Shown: piece after piece, positions 1 through 12,985 of the stretch
Layout: each line of letters opens with the position of its first letter
How positions within the stretch are numbered: the stretch's first letter is position 1
Assembly (NCBI GenBank): GCA_048013815.1
Contig: CM106586.1
Span: 1,116,001-1,180,000, forward strand
Direction: 5' to 3'
Length of the DNA stretch: 64,000 nt
From: Setoptus koraiensis
Lineage: Eukaryota; Animalia; Arthropoda
Made by a program: the position numbers and the translations under genes
The notes under the pieces: model-generated
Told to the model about the DNA's origin: nothing
Database searches by the model: none
Seen by the model: only the letters and a program-made list of their open reading frames with translations

Positions 1-2873
1 ATTGGTGCTGTTGCTGCCAAATCAAGTCAAATAAAATTATATCATCGTATTATAGCCAATATTATATTATTTTCTAGACAAGATATGCGAGTTGTTTCTT
101 CTTTGTGCTACTTCTATATAGATGAGAGTATGTTTTTTCTCCAATCTACCATCATATTCTATATACTGTGTCTATTTGTGTAGGCACAACACAATGAGCT
201 ATTGAGCAGTATTAGTATTTTAGCAGCAATATAAACATATATATGCATAAAGAAGTGTAGACAAGATGGCTTGTGTGATTCCTAGGGTTATTATTAATGA
301 TAATAGTTGTATAGTAGACGTGTGTGTCTATGTGTGTATGCTTGTCTGTTTGTGTCCATTTGTTGTGTATTTAGCCTTGTGTGATGGAAATTATATGATT
401 ATATATATATAATTGTTAATGCATCACAGTGCAACTAGAATAGTTAGATGGTTAAATGGAGATATATGCAGCATGTGTAAAGCATCATCATCATATCATA
501 TGTATAATGATACATAAACAACAATATTCAAGATGAAATACAGTATAGTATGGGAATGAGCCTATATGTTTGTGTCTGTGTGATACAAATAGTCGATTGT
601 ACAAGAAGGATAAATGCTATATGGAGGCATCAGACAGATTTGGTTGCTCTCAATGTAGCCTAGGTCTTTGCTGCTGCTGTCGACGTTGTTGTTGTTGTCG
701 TTGCTGCGTATATAAAGCATGTAAAACTGTTATTGTCTTTGTTTTGGTCTATAGCATTCTTTTATCCTCCTATGAACGTGATATATGCTAGTATATAATA
801 TATAATGTCTATGTAGCATGTAGCTAGTTGTGTCAGTAGAACGTCTAGCTTGAACGCGCTCTCTTTACGGTCGATAGTGTGTCAAGAACTATAGCTGTGA
901 GTGTGTGTGAGCTGGTGTGTGTGTTTGTGTGTGTGTGTGTGTGTGTGTAATTTGAGGGCCGGCGCTTGTGATAAATCTTCAGTTATATTATTATTATATA
1001 TATTCTTCGTTTTGAGCCTGTTTGTTGTTGTATGATAATACACCTCACATGTGTATAGATAGATATATTTATGTATATTTTCACCAGCTTACAAGCTCAT
1101 TGGTTGTAGTATGGCTAGGTGGTCAGAGGGGTTTGTTATTTGTCCAAGCGAGTGAAATGGCTAGGCACAACACTAGCACTAGTGGAATAAGAGCAAGGAG
1201 AGAGTGATTGTAGAGAAAAAGAAAAAAAGTATAGATGGCACACGCATGTTCACCATTGCCCGTGCTGCCCGCCCACTCACGCTCGGTACGGTGCCCGTGC
1301 GCATCGAAGCGAACTGGAACCCCCAGCTCCAATTAAAACAGCACCATTGAGACTTGGTCAGATTGTCCGGCTCGATAAAAACTCAAGTTGTAGCGCCTTA
1401 TCAGCGTCAAAAATGATTTGTGGGCCAGATTGAGAGAGCCGGGCTCAACGGGCGTACCCAACTCATCAAGACAGGCCGGTGGCTACGGTAGTGGTGTGTT
1501 GGGCAGCGCTTCGGAATAACGGGATGCCCTGTGTTGGCTATCGGACTATGTAAACCCGCATAAAACCTCACGAATGTGAAGCGATGATGTTCTGGATAAT
1601 CCAGATATATTTTTTTGTTTCTCCCCGAAAAAAACCTTCAACTGTCCTGCAGATTCTTGTAACATTATTACATTTGTACATGTTCTACAACGTATTATGT
1701 TTCGAGACCGCTTGCGGAATGGGCGTGACACAGTGCGGTTAATGGGTGGGTGTGCAGATTTAGGCAACACAGGTGTTGCTGAATGTGTGCGAGCGGGCTT
1801 CAATCGTAGAACAGATTACGAAGCGAAAAAAATAATAATAAATAGTTACAGCAATTCCAATGGTGCAATTTCGATTGTAACTGTGTCAGTGGTAGACGTC
1901 TCTGTGCACTCTAAGGACCCTGTGCCTACTCTGTGCTTATCTGTGCAGAGCATAAAAGCCGTATAGCAGCAAGGCTTCAGTACTCACTTCATCAATTTCA
2001 TACTACAATAATAATAATATATTTGATTGTGAGCATGTGCTCGTATATTCCGCAGGCTAAACTATTTTTCGACACCAAACAAAAAAGAATGAGGAAAAAA
2101 CATTGCACAACTTACACAATATGTGACATCGACCGCCATCTCTCTTTATCTTCCTGACAAAACCATTCACACACAGTGACTGACTGACAAACAAATAAAC
2201 TGATAGCCTTATAGACAGAGATATAGTTTCAGAGAATCAGCAACAAATCAGATCACCATTCTTGTTGTTGTTGCACTATCATTCAGTATAAGCAACCCAC
2301 CACCACCAATCAACAATATTCTATATTGTACTAATCTAATTAGGCTAATTATGTGTAAACTCACTGTCATTACTTTATATTGATTACAATTGACCATACT
2401 GAATGATTATACAATTATTATTATCATTACATTTGAAGACTAGCTCCCATTACACAATGCATCATCAATCACTATTGCCTGCGCCTGTAAGAAATAGGAA
2501 ATTACTATAATTATTAATATTTATTATATTACAAACTTTGGATAGAGTCAGCACAATCAAAGATAAGGATCAAGATAATTAATAAATATAAATGTATGTA
2601 TGAGTAACAATGCCAATGATACTATTGTGGTCTTTGTAGTGCTACTCGTTTATACTTTCATTCAATTTTTTCACACATACACATTTTCATTTGACACTGA
2701 CAACTTGCATGCAAAAGTTGCCACCTCCCTTACTGACACCCTGACAAACTGATCCACTCACTATTATACTATACTTACATTATATGTGATTAACAGTTGA
2801 CGCCAATACCTATACCACAATAACAAAGCAATAACGCCATTCAAGAGCATATCACTTTACCAATCGATAAGAT

Positions 2874-2932
2874 ATGGCACAGGAGTTATGATAACACAGG
2901 TGACCAGCTGGAACATGTCGTCCATTGACTAG
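2874..2932 (+). promoter_or_regulatory. Two overlapping candidate uORFs upstream of the PPP1R15-like ORF
   Basis: ATG GCA CAG GAG TTA TGA (2874-2891) and ATG ATA ACA ... GAC TAG (2888-2932). PPP1R15 mRNAs are known to be uORF-regulated, but the TSS is unknown and such short ORFs also arise by chance. Confidence 0.3.
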
Positions 2933-3019
2933 TTGTAGTAGGGAGATTTTATATAGAAACAGCAACAATCATCAAGACAAGCAACAATAATTTTGCCTAG
3001 TGCGTCTATTAGTTAGCTA

Positions 3020-3565
3020 ATGAGCGAGAGGAAGGTACATTTTTCAGAGCCATTAACTACTATTAGATATATTCACACATGGAAAACTGCTAGTCGACTT
3101 GCCCGGGACGGATCCGATTGGATGCGTTTGGCTCTTGATAGAAGTCGATTTCGAGACCGTGTTAATAGGGCTGCTACATATTTGGACAAGATACTTGATA
3201 TTAATCATAGAAACCAGGTCTATCAACAAAGATTTGTTACCTCCTCTACGGGAGTTGAAGCTCAATTGTTACAATTGTCATCAACAACGACATCTTCATT
3301 GTCGACGTTGGCGCCAGTGATAACATCATCAAATGAGAAAACTAAAGATAAGGATGACAATAATAAACAAATCACAACAATAATCAGTAAGAAACATAGT
3401 GGGACGAATAACCAAAGTGAAAGAGGACAATTTGCTCCAAACGATACAGATACTAACGAATCATCGTACAATTATACAGAGAAACCCAGCACGGACACAT
3501 CAGGACTCGATAATACTATAGACATCGCAACTTTGAATCACAAAAATATTCAAGATGGACACTAA
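3020..3565 (+). CDS. PPP1R15: PPP1R15/GADD34-like PP1 regulatory subunit (eIF2alpha phosphatase cofactor), minimal form, 181 aa
   Basis: N-terminus RKVHFSEPLTTIRYIHTWKTASRLARDGSDWMRLALDRSRFRDRV has the RVxF motif (KVHF), the conserved W..A..AR.G.W...A.DR.RF..R pattern of the GADD34/CReP/ICP34.5 C-terminal domain, then a Ser/Thr/Asn-rich tail. Confidence 0.8.
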   Translation: MSERKVHFSEPLTTIRYIHTWKTASRLARDGSDWMRLALDRSRFRDRVNRAATYLDKILDINHRNQVYQQRFVTSSTGVEAQLLQLSSTTTSSLSTLAPVITSSNEKTKDKDDNNKQITTIISKKHSGTNNQSERGQFAPNDTDTNESSYNYTEKPSTDTSGLDNTIDIATLNHKNIQDGH

Positions 3566-6500
3566 CAAAAGATTGATTAGTCTATATTTAAATCAACCAA
3601 TCAGGAGGAAAAAATTTGTCTCTAATAGCATCACAACAGCTAAATACGGATGGGCAACCTTTTTTCCAAGATTTCTATTTGAACAATTCCGTCGTTATTC
3701 AAACATATTCTTCTCATTTATAGCCTTGTTCCAACAGATACCAAATGTATCACCGACAGGTAGATATACAACTGCCGTGCCTCTACTATGTATTCTTGGT
3801 GTTAGTGCCATCAAGGAATTATTTGAAGATCTTAAACGCCATAAAGCAGACAGAAAAGTGAATTGTAGTGAAATTAGTGTACTCAATAGGAACACACTCA
3901 GATGGGATCTCATTAGATGGAAAGATGTAAAAGTTGGTGATATAGTGAAATGTGTAAGCGAAAATTTCTTTCCATCCGATATTCTATTATTGTCATCTTC
4001 AGAACCAAATGGCATGTGTTATATAGAGACAGCTAATTTAGATGGTGAAACCAACCTTAAAATACGTCAATCATTGCCATGTACATCGTCCTGTTTGACT
4101 AGCGAACAACTTGAGACAACCATGTCCAAAGCAATCATAGAATGTGATATACCGAATCCAAAATTGTATGAATTCGAAGGAAAATTGACATTTGGCCACG
4201 ATGAATCGTACCCTCTCGGACCTGAGAACATATTACTTAGAGGTGCTAAGTTGAAGAATACTAATTGGATCTTTGGTGTAGTTCTTTACACGGGTCATGA
4301 ATCTAAACTCATGATGAATTCTTTAGCCAAGACACCAATCAAACAATCAAAATTAGAAAAAATGACAAATATACAAATATTATGGCTAGTTTTTATACTT
4401 TTGACGACAGGATTCTTGAGCGCTGTCTTTTCTTACATATGGTCGTCTGACAATCGACATTGGTATCTATTATTGGACGCGCAATCGATCTTTGGCTTCG
4501 CTATGACCTATTTAACATTTGTTATTCTTTACAATAATCTAGTGCCGATATCGTTGCAAGTCTCACTTGAGGTTGTCAGAACATTCCAAGCGCATTTTAT
4601 CAACTCAGATTTGGAAATGTATGATCAAGAATCTGGCACGTTCGCTATGGCGAGAACTAGTAATCTCAACGAAGAATTGGGTCAAGTTAGATATATATTA
4701 TCAGATAAAACAGGAACACTCACTAAGAATGTCATGGTATTCAAGAAATGTTCAGTGGCTGGACAAATGTACGATGACACGTCCATGTTAGCGTTGGCTG
4801 AAACGGCTCAGAATGACCCTCCCCATGACTATCTAGCTGCCACATCCTCTGATTATACAAGTGAAAAGAATAATAGTAGCAATAAGTACCATCAGTATGT
4901 TATAGAGTTCTTAACTTTATTATCCGTTTGTCACACGGTTGTACCAGAGCACGAAGCTGATGCAAGAGAGAGGGAGAATATCATAAACTCCACTAGACAA
5001 GCCTCAACTCCTATAAAAAATAAGCAATCGGTAAAGAACTCAGAGAAAAAAAATAAATCTAGACAAATCATCAAATCAGAGATCATGGAAATATCCACAA
5101 TCAGCAATGATGAGGAAGCATCTCTCAAAGAACCTCAGAATAATCTCGAAGCCACAACGCCTTCATCATCGGGAGATGCAATTTCTAGCTTGCCACCAAC
5201 TATCCGCTATCATGCTGCCAGTCCAGACGAAGCTGCATTGGTCAAGGGTGCCCAGAAGATCGGATTTGAGTTCACCAACAGAACTCCACAGTGTGTATTC
5301 ATCAACCGATTTGGCCAAGAGGAGCAGTTTGAAGTGTTGAATGTGTTCGAATTCGACTCATTCAGGAAACGCATGTCTGTAGTGATCCGGACATCTGATA
5401 ATACGATAAAAATCTATACCAAAGGCGCTGATACTGTTATCTATGAACGATTGGCTAACAAAAATCTGACTGAAGTTACATCGGACCACCTTGAAAAATT
5501 TGCCAACGAGGGCTACAGAACTCTTTGTTGTGCTTACGCAATAATAAAGGATGCTGAATATGCTGCCTGGAGTGAGAAGTATAAAGAGGCAGCTTTATTA
5601 TATGGAAAACAAAAGGATGAGGCCTTGCAGAATTGTATTGATCTTTTGGAGAAAGATTTGATTTTATTGGGTGCAACAGCTATCGAGGATAAATTACAGG
5701 ATGATGTTCCAGAAACAATTGATACACTGTTGAAGGCTGGAATTAGTTTTTGGCTTCTCACTGGTGACAAACAAGAAACTGCTATAAACATTGGATTTTC
5801 ATGTAAATTGTTAAAGAGAGGAATGCCACTTATAGTAATCAATGAGGATAGTTTGGACGCTACTAGAGAACTAATATTGGAAACTGTCAGCACTGCCGAA
5901 TCAGCTCTGGTGATAGACGGCAAGAGTTTACAATATGCATTATCGGCAGAGCTTAGGAACGATTTCATGAGGATAGCCCTTAATTGTAAATCGGTTATAT
6001 GTTGTCGTGTTTCACCTTTCCAAAAAGCTGAAATGGTCGATTTAGTAAAAATGATAACTGGTGAAATTACTCTAGCTATTGGTGATGGCGCCAATGATGT
6101 TGCCATGATCAGAACGGCCAACATTGGCATCGGTATATCAGGTATAGTATAAAACTTTCAGTATCCGACGATAGCGATCATAACCAGGTTAAATTCTAAT
6201 TATATTGTCTCAACAATTATATGTTTGTATACAGGCACTGAGGGATTACAAGCTGCTCACTCTGCCGATTACACAATATCACAGTTTAGATTTTTAGCCA
6301 GATTACTTTTGGTTCACGGATCGTGGTCTATGTGTAGATTGCGACAAATGATTTTATATTCATTCTACAAAAACATCGCTCTATATGTGGTTGAATTTTG
6401 GTTCGCCATAGTAAGCGGCTGGAGTGGTCAAACTATATTTGAGCGCTGGACCATAGGTTTATACAATGTTATATTTACTGCAGCGCCCCCATTTGCCATG

Positions 6501-7384
6501 GGTGTGTTCGATAGGAGATGCTCTGCAGACTTGATGCTCAAATATCCTCAATTATACAAGAGTCAACTTATGAATAAGGATTATACTATCAAGAGTTTTT
6601 GGATCTGGATATTGACAGCTTTCTGGCATTCATTATTCTTATTCTGGTTCACGTATTTTATTATTAGACACGATGCTTTGTGGGAAGACGGCAAATCTGA
6701 TGGTGGTTATCTCGTGTTCGGCAACATACTGTATACATATGTGGTTGTGACAGTGTGTTGTAAGGCGGGTCTCGAGATGAGTTCATGGACAATGTGAGTA
6801 CACTATAGGATATCTTGCTACCATGTTGTATAACTCTTGCTCTCTTTCACAACTAATTATCATCTATTACTATCTATCATTTGCACAATAGATTGACACA
6901 TGCCGCCATTTGGGGAAGTATTGCTAGCTGGTTTGTATTTTTGGTTATTTATTCAAAACTATGGCCTAGCTTACCGATAGCACCAGATATGGTTGCCATC
7001 GACAGTATGATCTTTCATACGCCTGTGTTTTGGTTTGGTTTAGCTCTTGTTCCATTCACAGCCCTGCTAGCTGACATCGCCTATAAGGTAGTGTCAAGAA
7101 CATGCTTTAAGAGTTTGGCCGATCACATTACAGAATTGGAGATGCCTGATCAAAACAGTCAAACTACAATGTTGGGTGAAACGGCCCGTCTTATCAGAAC
7201 TGTTTTCGATTCAACAAAACGATTGAGCAAAAGAAAAAGTGCCAGGAATCTCGAAACTGAGCTAGCTCATGGTTTCGCCTTTTCCCAAGAAGAAAACGGA
7301 GCCGTCAATCAATCTGATCTTATACGCGCTTATGATACAACTAAATCAAAGCCAACTGGATTGACTGATAAAAATGAAAAATGA
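3555..7384 (+). CDS. ATP8A: P4-type ATPase phospholipid flippase, ATP8A class; exons 3555-6141, 6235-6793, 6892-7384 (1212 aa)
   Basis: DGET (A domain), PISL (TM4), DKTGTLT phosphorylation site, GDGAND, and C-terminal GFAFSQEE and IRAYDTTK typical of ATP8A. GT-AG introns 6142-6234 and 6794-6891 restore ISG-TEGLQAA and WT-ILTHAAIWGS in frame. Confidence 0.95.
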
Positions 7385-8461
7385 TTATTCATAAATAGGA
7401 GCAAGATAAATATATATATATAAAAATGTAACAAGCTGCCTCTCATGGCTGAGGCCGGAGAAGAATTAGTTCATGTTGTTGAGGTGTCATGCAATGAAGT
7501 TTAAAAAACTGCTAACCTGCTCAAGTTGTCTGCTGATGTTTGTTCTAGAGATAACTTGTCAGTATGACTGTAAATAAGCTGTGAAATTGAGAGGAGTAAA
7601 GCCTTTATTCTAGTGCACGAACCTGATGGTTGTACTAATAAAATAGAGAAAATACGTTCAGCTTGCTCACTCTCACTACCTAATAAATAGTTGATCATTT
7701 TTGTTCACCCATGCCCACCACGTAAAGCATCTTCACAAGACAATGTGAACTAATCAAATAATGAACGATTAGGGGATGATAATAGGAAAACATCAATTTC
7801 TTGAAGCCTATCCTCTATCCTGTTTACTCACTCACCCAAAAATATACTGGTCCCTAAGTACCTGAGTGTGTGCGTGCTGCTAGTCAATGACGATCGACGT
7901 ACAAACACACAAGAGCGGGCACTAACAAGAGGATCAAACTTGAAATGGTGGTTCAAGTTAGATATTGCCTAGAGTAGATGACAATCACCATCTTGACACT
8001 AACTTGAGCCAGTGAGTCTAGAATAATCGAGAGGCAAACACACACCGACACACACACACAATTATTTAATCAGCAAAGAGAATCCATATTTCTTCATTGT
8101 TGCTGTTGTTGTTTGTCTCATCATCACATCGCAATAAGATGATAATGACACATACGACCAAGCTCTTATCTATGCTACCTCGTTATCAATTGCCCATATT
8201 GGCGCCTTATTGGTAATATAACAGTGACGTCATGTGCGTAGACGTTAAGTAAGAGAATGATAGTCAACTCGAGAGACTCTTCTCCTCATCAAACGATACA
8301 TTTAGTCTCAAGTTGATCTAATTTGACAAGCTCAAAACAGAGTCAATCTCTCGTGCCATCTCAAAAAAAACTATCCACACCAGCCAAACAGCTAGTCAGT
8401 CAGCCAGTTAGTCTATTCTAGTCACTTGCATGTGTGAGACATTTCACCATTAGCCAGCATC

Positions 8462-10291
8462 ATGGTCACTGTAAACAAGAACAGTGATTATTACAGTACC
8501 AATTTGTCAATATCATCACTATCAACATCTAATGTCAGCTTATTGGACTTAGAATACCAGAAAATTAGCTCATTGTTGTTAGAACATGCCGGCAGCTTGC
8601 AATTAACATCGGACATTGGTTACACGATATCACTAATAACATCAACATTGGCAGTAGTTATATTGACTTGTGTAAAAAAGTTGCGATGCACCAGAAACCA
8701 CCTTCATCTCCAGCTATTTGTGAGTGTTTAATTTAAATTATCAATAATTGATCATGATTAGTATTTAAATGTGTTAATTAACTGATTCAATCAAATGATT
8801 AACCACATTCGACCTTTAGCTTATAATGATATCTTAATATTTATGTTCTTATATTACTATTTTATTATCAGGCCTCATTCATTATCAGATGCATAACTCA
8901 TCTGATTCAGAGGGTTATTTCCATGTACGCTATTTCAGACTCGCTACTAAATCTAGAGGTTAGTAGTCAGTGTAAAATCAATCATCTTGAAATGCACTAA
9001 TCAATTAATTATGCATTGTTAATTAACTCACTTATGACTCACCAACAACTTTCATAACTAATCAACTCAAACATCAATCAATTCACGCTGATGGCGCCAT
9101 CAGGGGTTCTACTGTAAAATATTCACAGTCATTTGGCAGTATTCGTTGCTAGCCAACTATAATTGGATTCTCATGGAGGGCGTCTATCTATACAGCCTGA
9201 TATTTTATGCTGTTATTTCCCCAAATGGGCCCTCAATTGTTAGATATATTCTTTTCGGTTGGGGCCTGCCCATTTTGTGTATAGTACCCTGGATTATTGT
9301 CAAGGCCACATTTGAGAATACTAAATGTTGGACTATTAACGAGAATCAGGCCTATTTTTGGATTGTACGCGCACCAATCACAATTTTCATCTTGGTAAGT
9401 CAAGTAGTTGATTAGTGATTCAGACTCATCAAAAGTTAACCGTCATGTGATTGTTGTTAATGTGAACAAACTACTAGTGCTACTGCTGCTACTACAACTA
9501 TTACTACTACTACTTGTGAAATTTCACTTTTTGTCTGTTTGTTGTCTGTTTGCTTGTGTGTTTGTGTCTACTGAAGTCACAAGTTTTGATAATCATTCCT
9601 GATTTGATTTTGTCAGATAAATCAATTAATCTCGCTATATTGATTGATCAATCATGGTCTCTCTTATCCACTAAAGCAACGCAAAAACATCCTTCCCACC
9701 TCTCACTTCTAATCTTTACGCTCTGTCTACCTTAATCTCTTTGTCTCTATCATCTAATATCACCGACATCGTGCGATATTATTATCTTATCTAACTAATA
9801 ATGATGATATATTTACGATAATCTAATGCACACGCTCGCACGCACAAATACAGGTTAATTTTATCTTGTATATAAGGATCATTCTAGTCCTATATTCGAA
9901 AATATTCTCAGGCACAATGACCATTCAGAAACGACAAACAGATCGTAATTATAAAAAGTGGTTCCGTTCAACATTGGTTCTAGTTCCATTATTTGGTGTG
10001 CATCATTTTATCTTATTAATATTCCAATATGTTGCTTCTACTGGCTTTAAATCAAATGAATTAGCGGAAGTGATTTGGTTATATATCGATCTATTATTCA
10101 CATCTAATCAAGGATGCATGGTGTCCTTTTTATATTGTTTTTTAAATGGGGAAGTCCAACAAGAACTACTTAGCCTATGGCGTCGGTACACATCAAGAGC
10201 ATCTACCATAGTTATGACGAACAATGGACATATATTCAGTTCAATAAATTCAGATGTAATACGTAACAACGGTAAACATGAAAGCATTTGA
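8462..10291 (+). CDS. Class B (secretin family) GPCR, PTH-receptor-like; exons 8462-8719, 8872-8958, 9104-9394, 9854-10291 (357 aa as predicted)
   Basis: KLRCTRNHLHLQLF-ASFIIR (ICL1/TM2), CK..IWQY..LANYNWILMEGVYL (TM3), GWGLP (TM4), KWFRSTLVLVPLFG (TM6), QGCMVSFLYCFLNGEVQ (TM7). All three introns are GT-AG and phase 0. The true 5' end is uncertain. Confidence 0.9.
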
Positions 10292-10443
10292 ATAAGGGTA
10301 ACATGAACAACAGTTGCCATCTAGCAAATAAAGACAAAAGAGCCTCATTTTCTAGTTCAGAGAATAGTATTTTCTTTTTTCAAGCATGCTCAACTTATTT
10401 TATTATATTTCTTAGATCATTACAGTCATAATCAGTAAGCTAT

Positions 10444-10995
10444 TTAGTTAGCTTCAACAGCAACCATTTTATGATTGACCAGTTCAGGTAGGTCGCCGCC
10501 TTTCAATTGTTCTCTAAACTGCTGTCGCGCCAGTATTTCGGAATCGATTTCTTGTTGTAAAGAGGTTACATCGCCCTCCTCTTCACCAGCGTTAATTTTA
10601 TTGATTGCGGTCATCTTCTTGTAAACTGTTTTTATGTATTTGAAATTCGGTACATAGTCACCAATATCTTGCCACTCTACTGGCTCGCCTTTGGTTATTT
10701 TATTCTTTATGCAGGCAAGCATTCCTTCTTCTGCAGCCAACACATCCAGATAGTACTCTCTGTCGGTAAAATAGCCAACGTTAGTTGGTTCACTCTTTAA
10801 TAGTTTCTCCGCTCTTCGCAACTCCTCATTGTAAGTTCTGATGTTACGCATATGTTCGATAACATGATTTTTCTCTTCCTTTTCTAAACCCTGAAACTCG
10901 GGATCTAGTTTCCATGCAAATGGATTCGGAAAGGCCGAAACACAAACCAGCATCGACGAACACAGTATAATCGCTAATAAGTTAATTTTTTGCAT
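10444..10995 (-). CDS. Orphan secreted helical protein, paralog 1 (183 aa)
   Basis: Single-exon ORF with signal peptide MQKINLLAIILCSSMLVCVSA and a charged amphipathic body; clear homology along its length to the ORF at 12986-13522. Confidence 0.8.
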   Translation of the reverse strand: MQKINLLAIILCSSMLVCVSAFPNPFAWKLDPEFQGLEKEEKNHVIEHMRNIRTYNEELRRAEKLLKSEPTNVGYFTDREYYLDVLAAEEGMLACIKNKITKGEPVEWQDIGDYVPNFKYIKTVYKKMTAINKINAGEEEGDVTSLQQEIDSEILARQQFREQLKGGDLPELVNHKMVAVEAN

Positions 10996-11991
10996 TTTAA
11001 CACTCTTTTTAGATGAAAGTCTACAAATGATAGCACAACCAGCTTGTTTGTTAATCGATTAAGTTTTCTCTCTGATATGATTTTTGGTGAATGACTCGAT
11101 TCAAAAAGACGCGAAAGCATACTGTTGCATTAATGGGCCACAATAAGCAACCATATATAACAACCATAACATAGAGCTATTTTTGGCTCAAAATCGAGTG
11201 CACTCCTTAGATGACGTGACATTGACAAAACAACTTGTGAAAGTAGTCTAGTAAGAGCTCTAGTATCTAGTAGCTATCAGAATTTTGTACTTAGAATTTG
11301 CGAAAAAGTATGTTCCACAAATTGTTTTTCAGCCATTGAGCGCCCCGAGGTCCTACTCACATCATGTCAACAAACCTCGGCTGACAAGCATATGACCAAC
11401 ATGCTAGATAAACGTGATACTGAAGTTATTCTTTCAAAGTATTTATAGTTCTCAAAATTTTTGCAATCTATTTATGTGCAAACTACCAGAATACAGATAC
11501 TCCCTATTTCACCATTGGACGCTTTCATGTCCATGGGCTCCAAACAGCCCCAGCAGCCAGTTTTGAATGAGGAATGCTGTCCCTGTTTTCTTCACGATTG
11601 TGATTAGCAATTAGAATATTCATAGTTCATATTTGAGTTGACGTACAATTTCTAGTTTGGGTGGAACGGGCAGTAGAGTTTCGCGCTATAATGTTTGTCA
11701 TATTGATGTCAAAGATAAAGAAGAGCCTATTAATTTTTAATTTATTGTCGGTTTCATTGAAATTTCTTAAGTTTGTATTGGTAATTTTTTCGATCAATAA
11801 AAGCTTTTAAACGGTGGTTGATCGTGTGAATTATTGACATAACTATTCATCATATTTCAATCATTGGATTGGACTAAACAGATCATAGATCAAGCCTTAT
11901 GTTGACTAAACGTGTAGCCATTACAATGATAAACTGTTTTCTACCTTTAATTTATTAGTTACTACTTGGTAATTAGTACATTCTAGTGACT

Positions 11992-12254
11992 CTAACTGAG
12001 CTCATCCAACAGCTCATCGGATCTTACGCTATCCCCATACTTGTGTCTCTCTTCTATGAAAGCCTATATCTATGCCTATGGAAGGCATCGATATTTCGCA
12101 GGTGACCCACGACAAAATTCTGCTCTGTGCTTTTTAGTTTTTTGCAGCTCGGTGGTGATCCACACGTAGGGCTCTGCGAAGACGATTCGTCTATCATGCT
12201 AGACGAACAAAAAATAGCAATTAATGAATTAATTTTTCGCATCTTGATTCTCAC
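11992..12254 (-). pseudogene. Degenerate third copy of the secreted-protein family
   Basis: MRKINSLIAIFCSSSM resembles MQKINLLAIILCSSML; LKSTEQNFVVGHLRNI resembles LEKEEKNHVIEHMRNI. A premature stop at 12054 is followed in another frame by SDELLDELS*, matching KEFILDELAS of paralog 2. Confidence 0.65.
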
Positions 12255-12985
12255 TTTTCCTCTTTTTTATCCTTTCTATTCACTCACGAGTTCGAAAGAC
12301 ATCATCACGTTTTCTTGATTGAAGAAGTTATTCTGAAGATCACTACCCTGGACAAAAAAGAGTTTATGTCCTTATTGAATATGCGATTTTCGGCCCATCG
12401 GGTGCTTCAATAAGAGGCTTTGTTGGCCTCTCTTTTATCGTGAAAGGACATTCAGGTTTCTTGAACTCATTTTCTAACTTTAATGAGTCAGAGTTGTTCA
12501 TTGATGCTTTTTTACCCACCTCAAGCTGGATAGATACAAATAGTAAATGATTAATTTAGATGGAAACAACGATTTAATTGGGATTCTAGATAGCATTCCA
12601 ATCCATGTTATCGGTACTCGATCACATTATAATTCCAAGTTTTCATATGTTATTCGCCTCCTCTGGACGAGTCTCGCCTTCAAAGTTTGAATCATTATCT
12701 CAGTAACTAAGACTTGATACCACTCTGTGAAATTGATTTCAAGAATTTACTAGTTCGCCAAGCTTTGATCTTGATCAACTTTCTACCATTGTCGACTATA
12801 GTTACAATAACTCGTTGCAATCTTGCGATAAAAATAAAATTACTCAACATGGATGGAACATTAATTTGATAGCAATAGCGACTATAGTTCTTTAATTGTT
12901 AAAATTTTATTCATCTGATAAATTTATGCACTTGAACTCGTGCTTACATTTTACGATTCAATATGACATCGATGTTACTTCCTCA

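Noticed and set aside
570-2157. Short ORFs before 3 kb, including the Cys-rich 570-791
   Set aside because: They derive from (TGT/TGC/GTT)n simple repeats with non-ATG starts and no recognisable motifs.
12380-12560. Possible fourth secreted-family remnant (LLFVSIQL...KLENEFKK, minus strand)
   Set aside because: Only a short motif resembles KL[DE]PEF and there is no start or downstream similarity; too weak to call.
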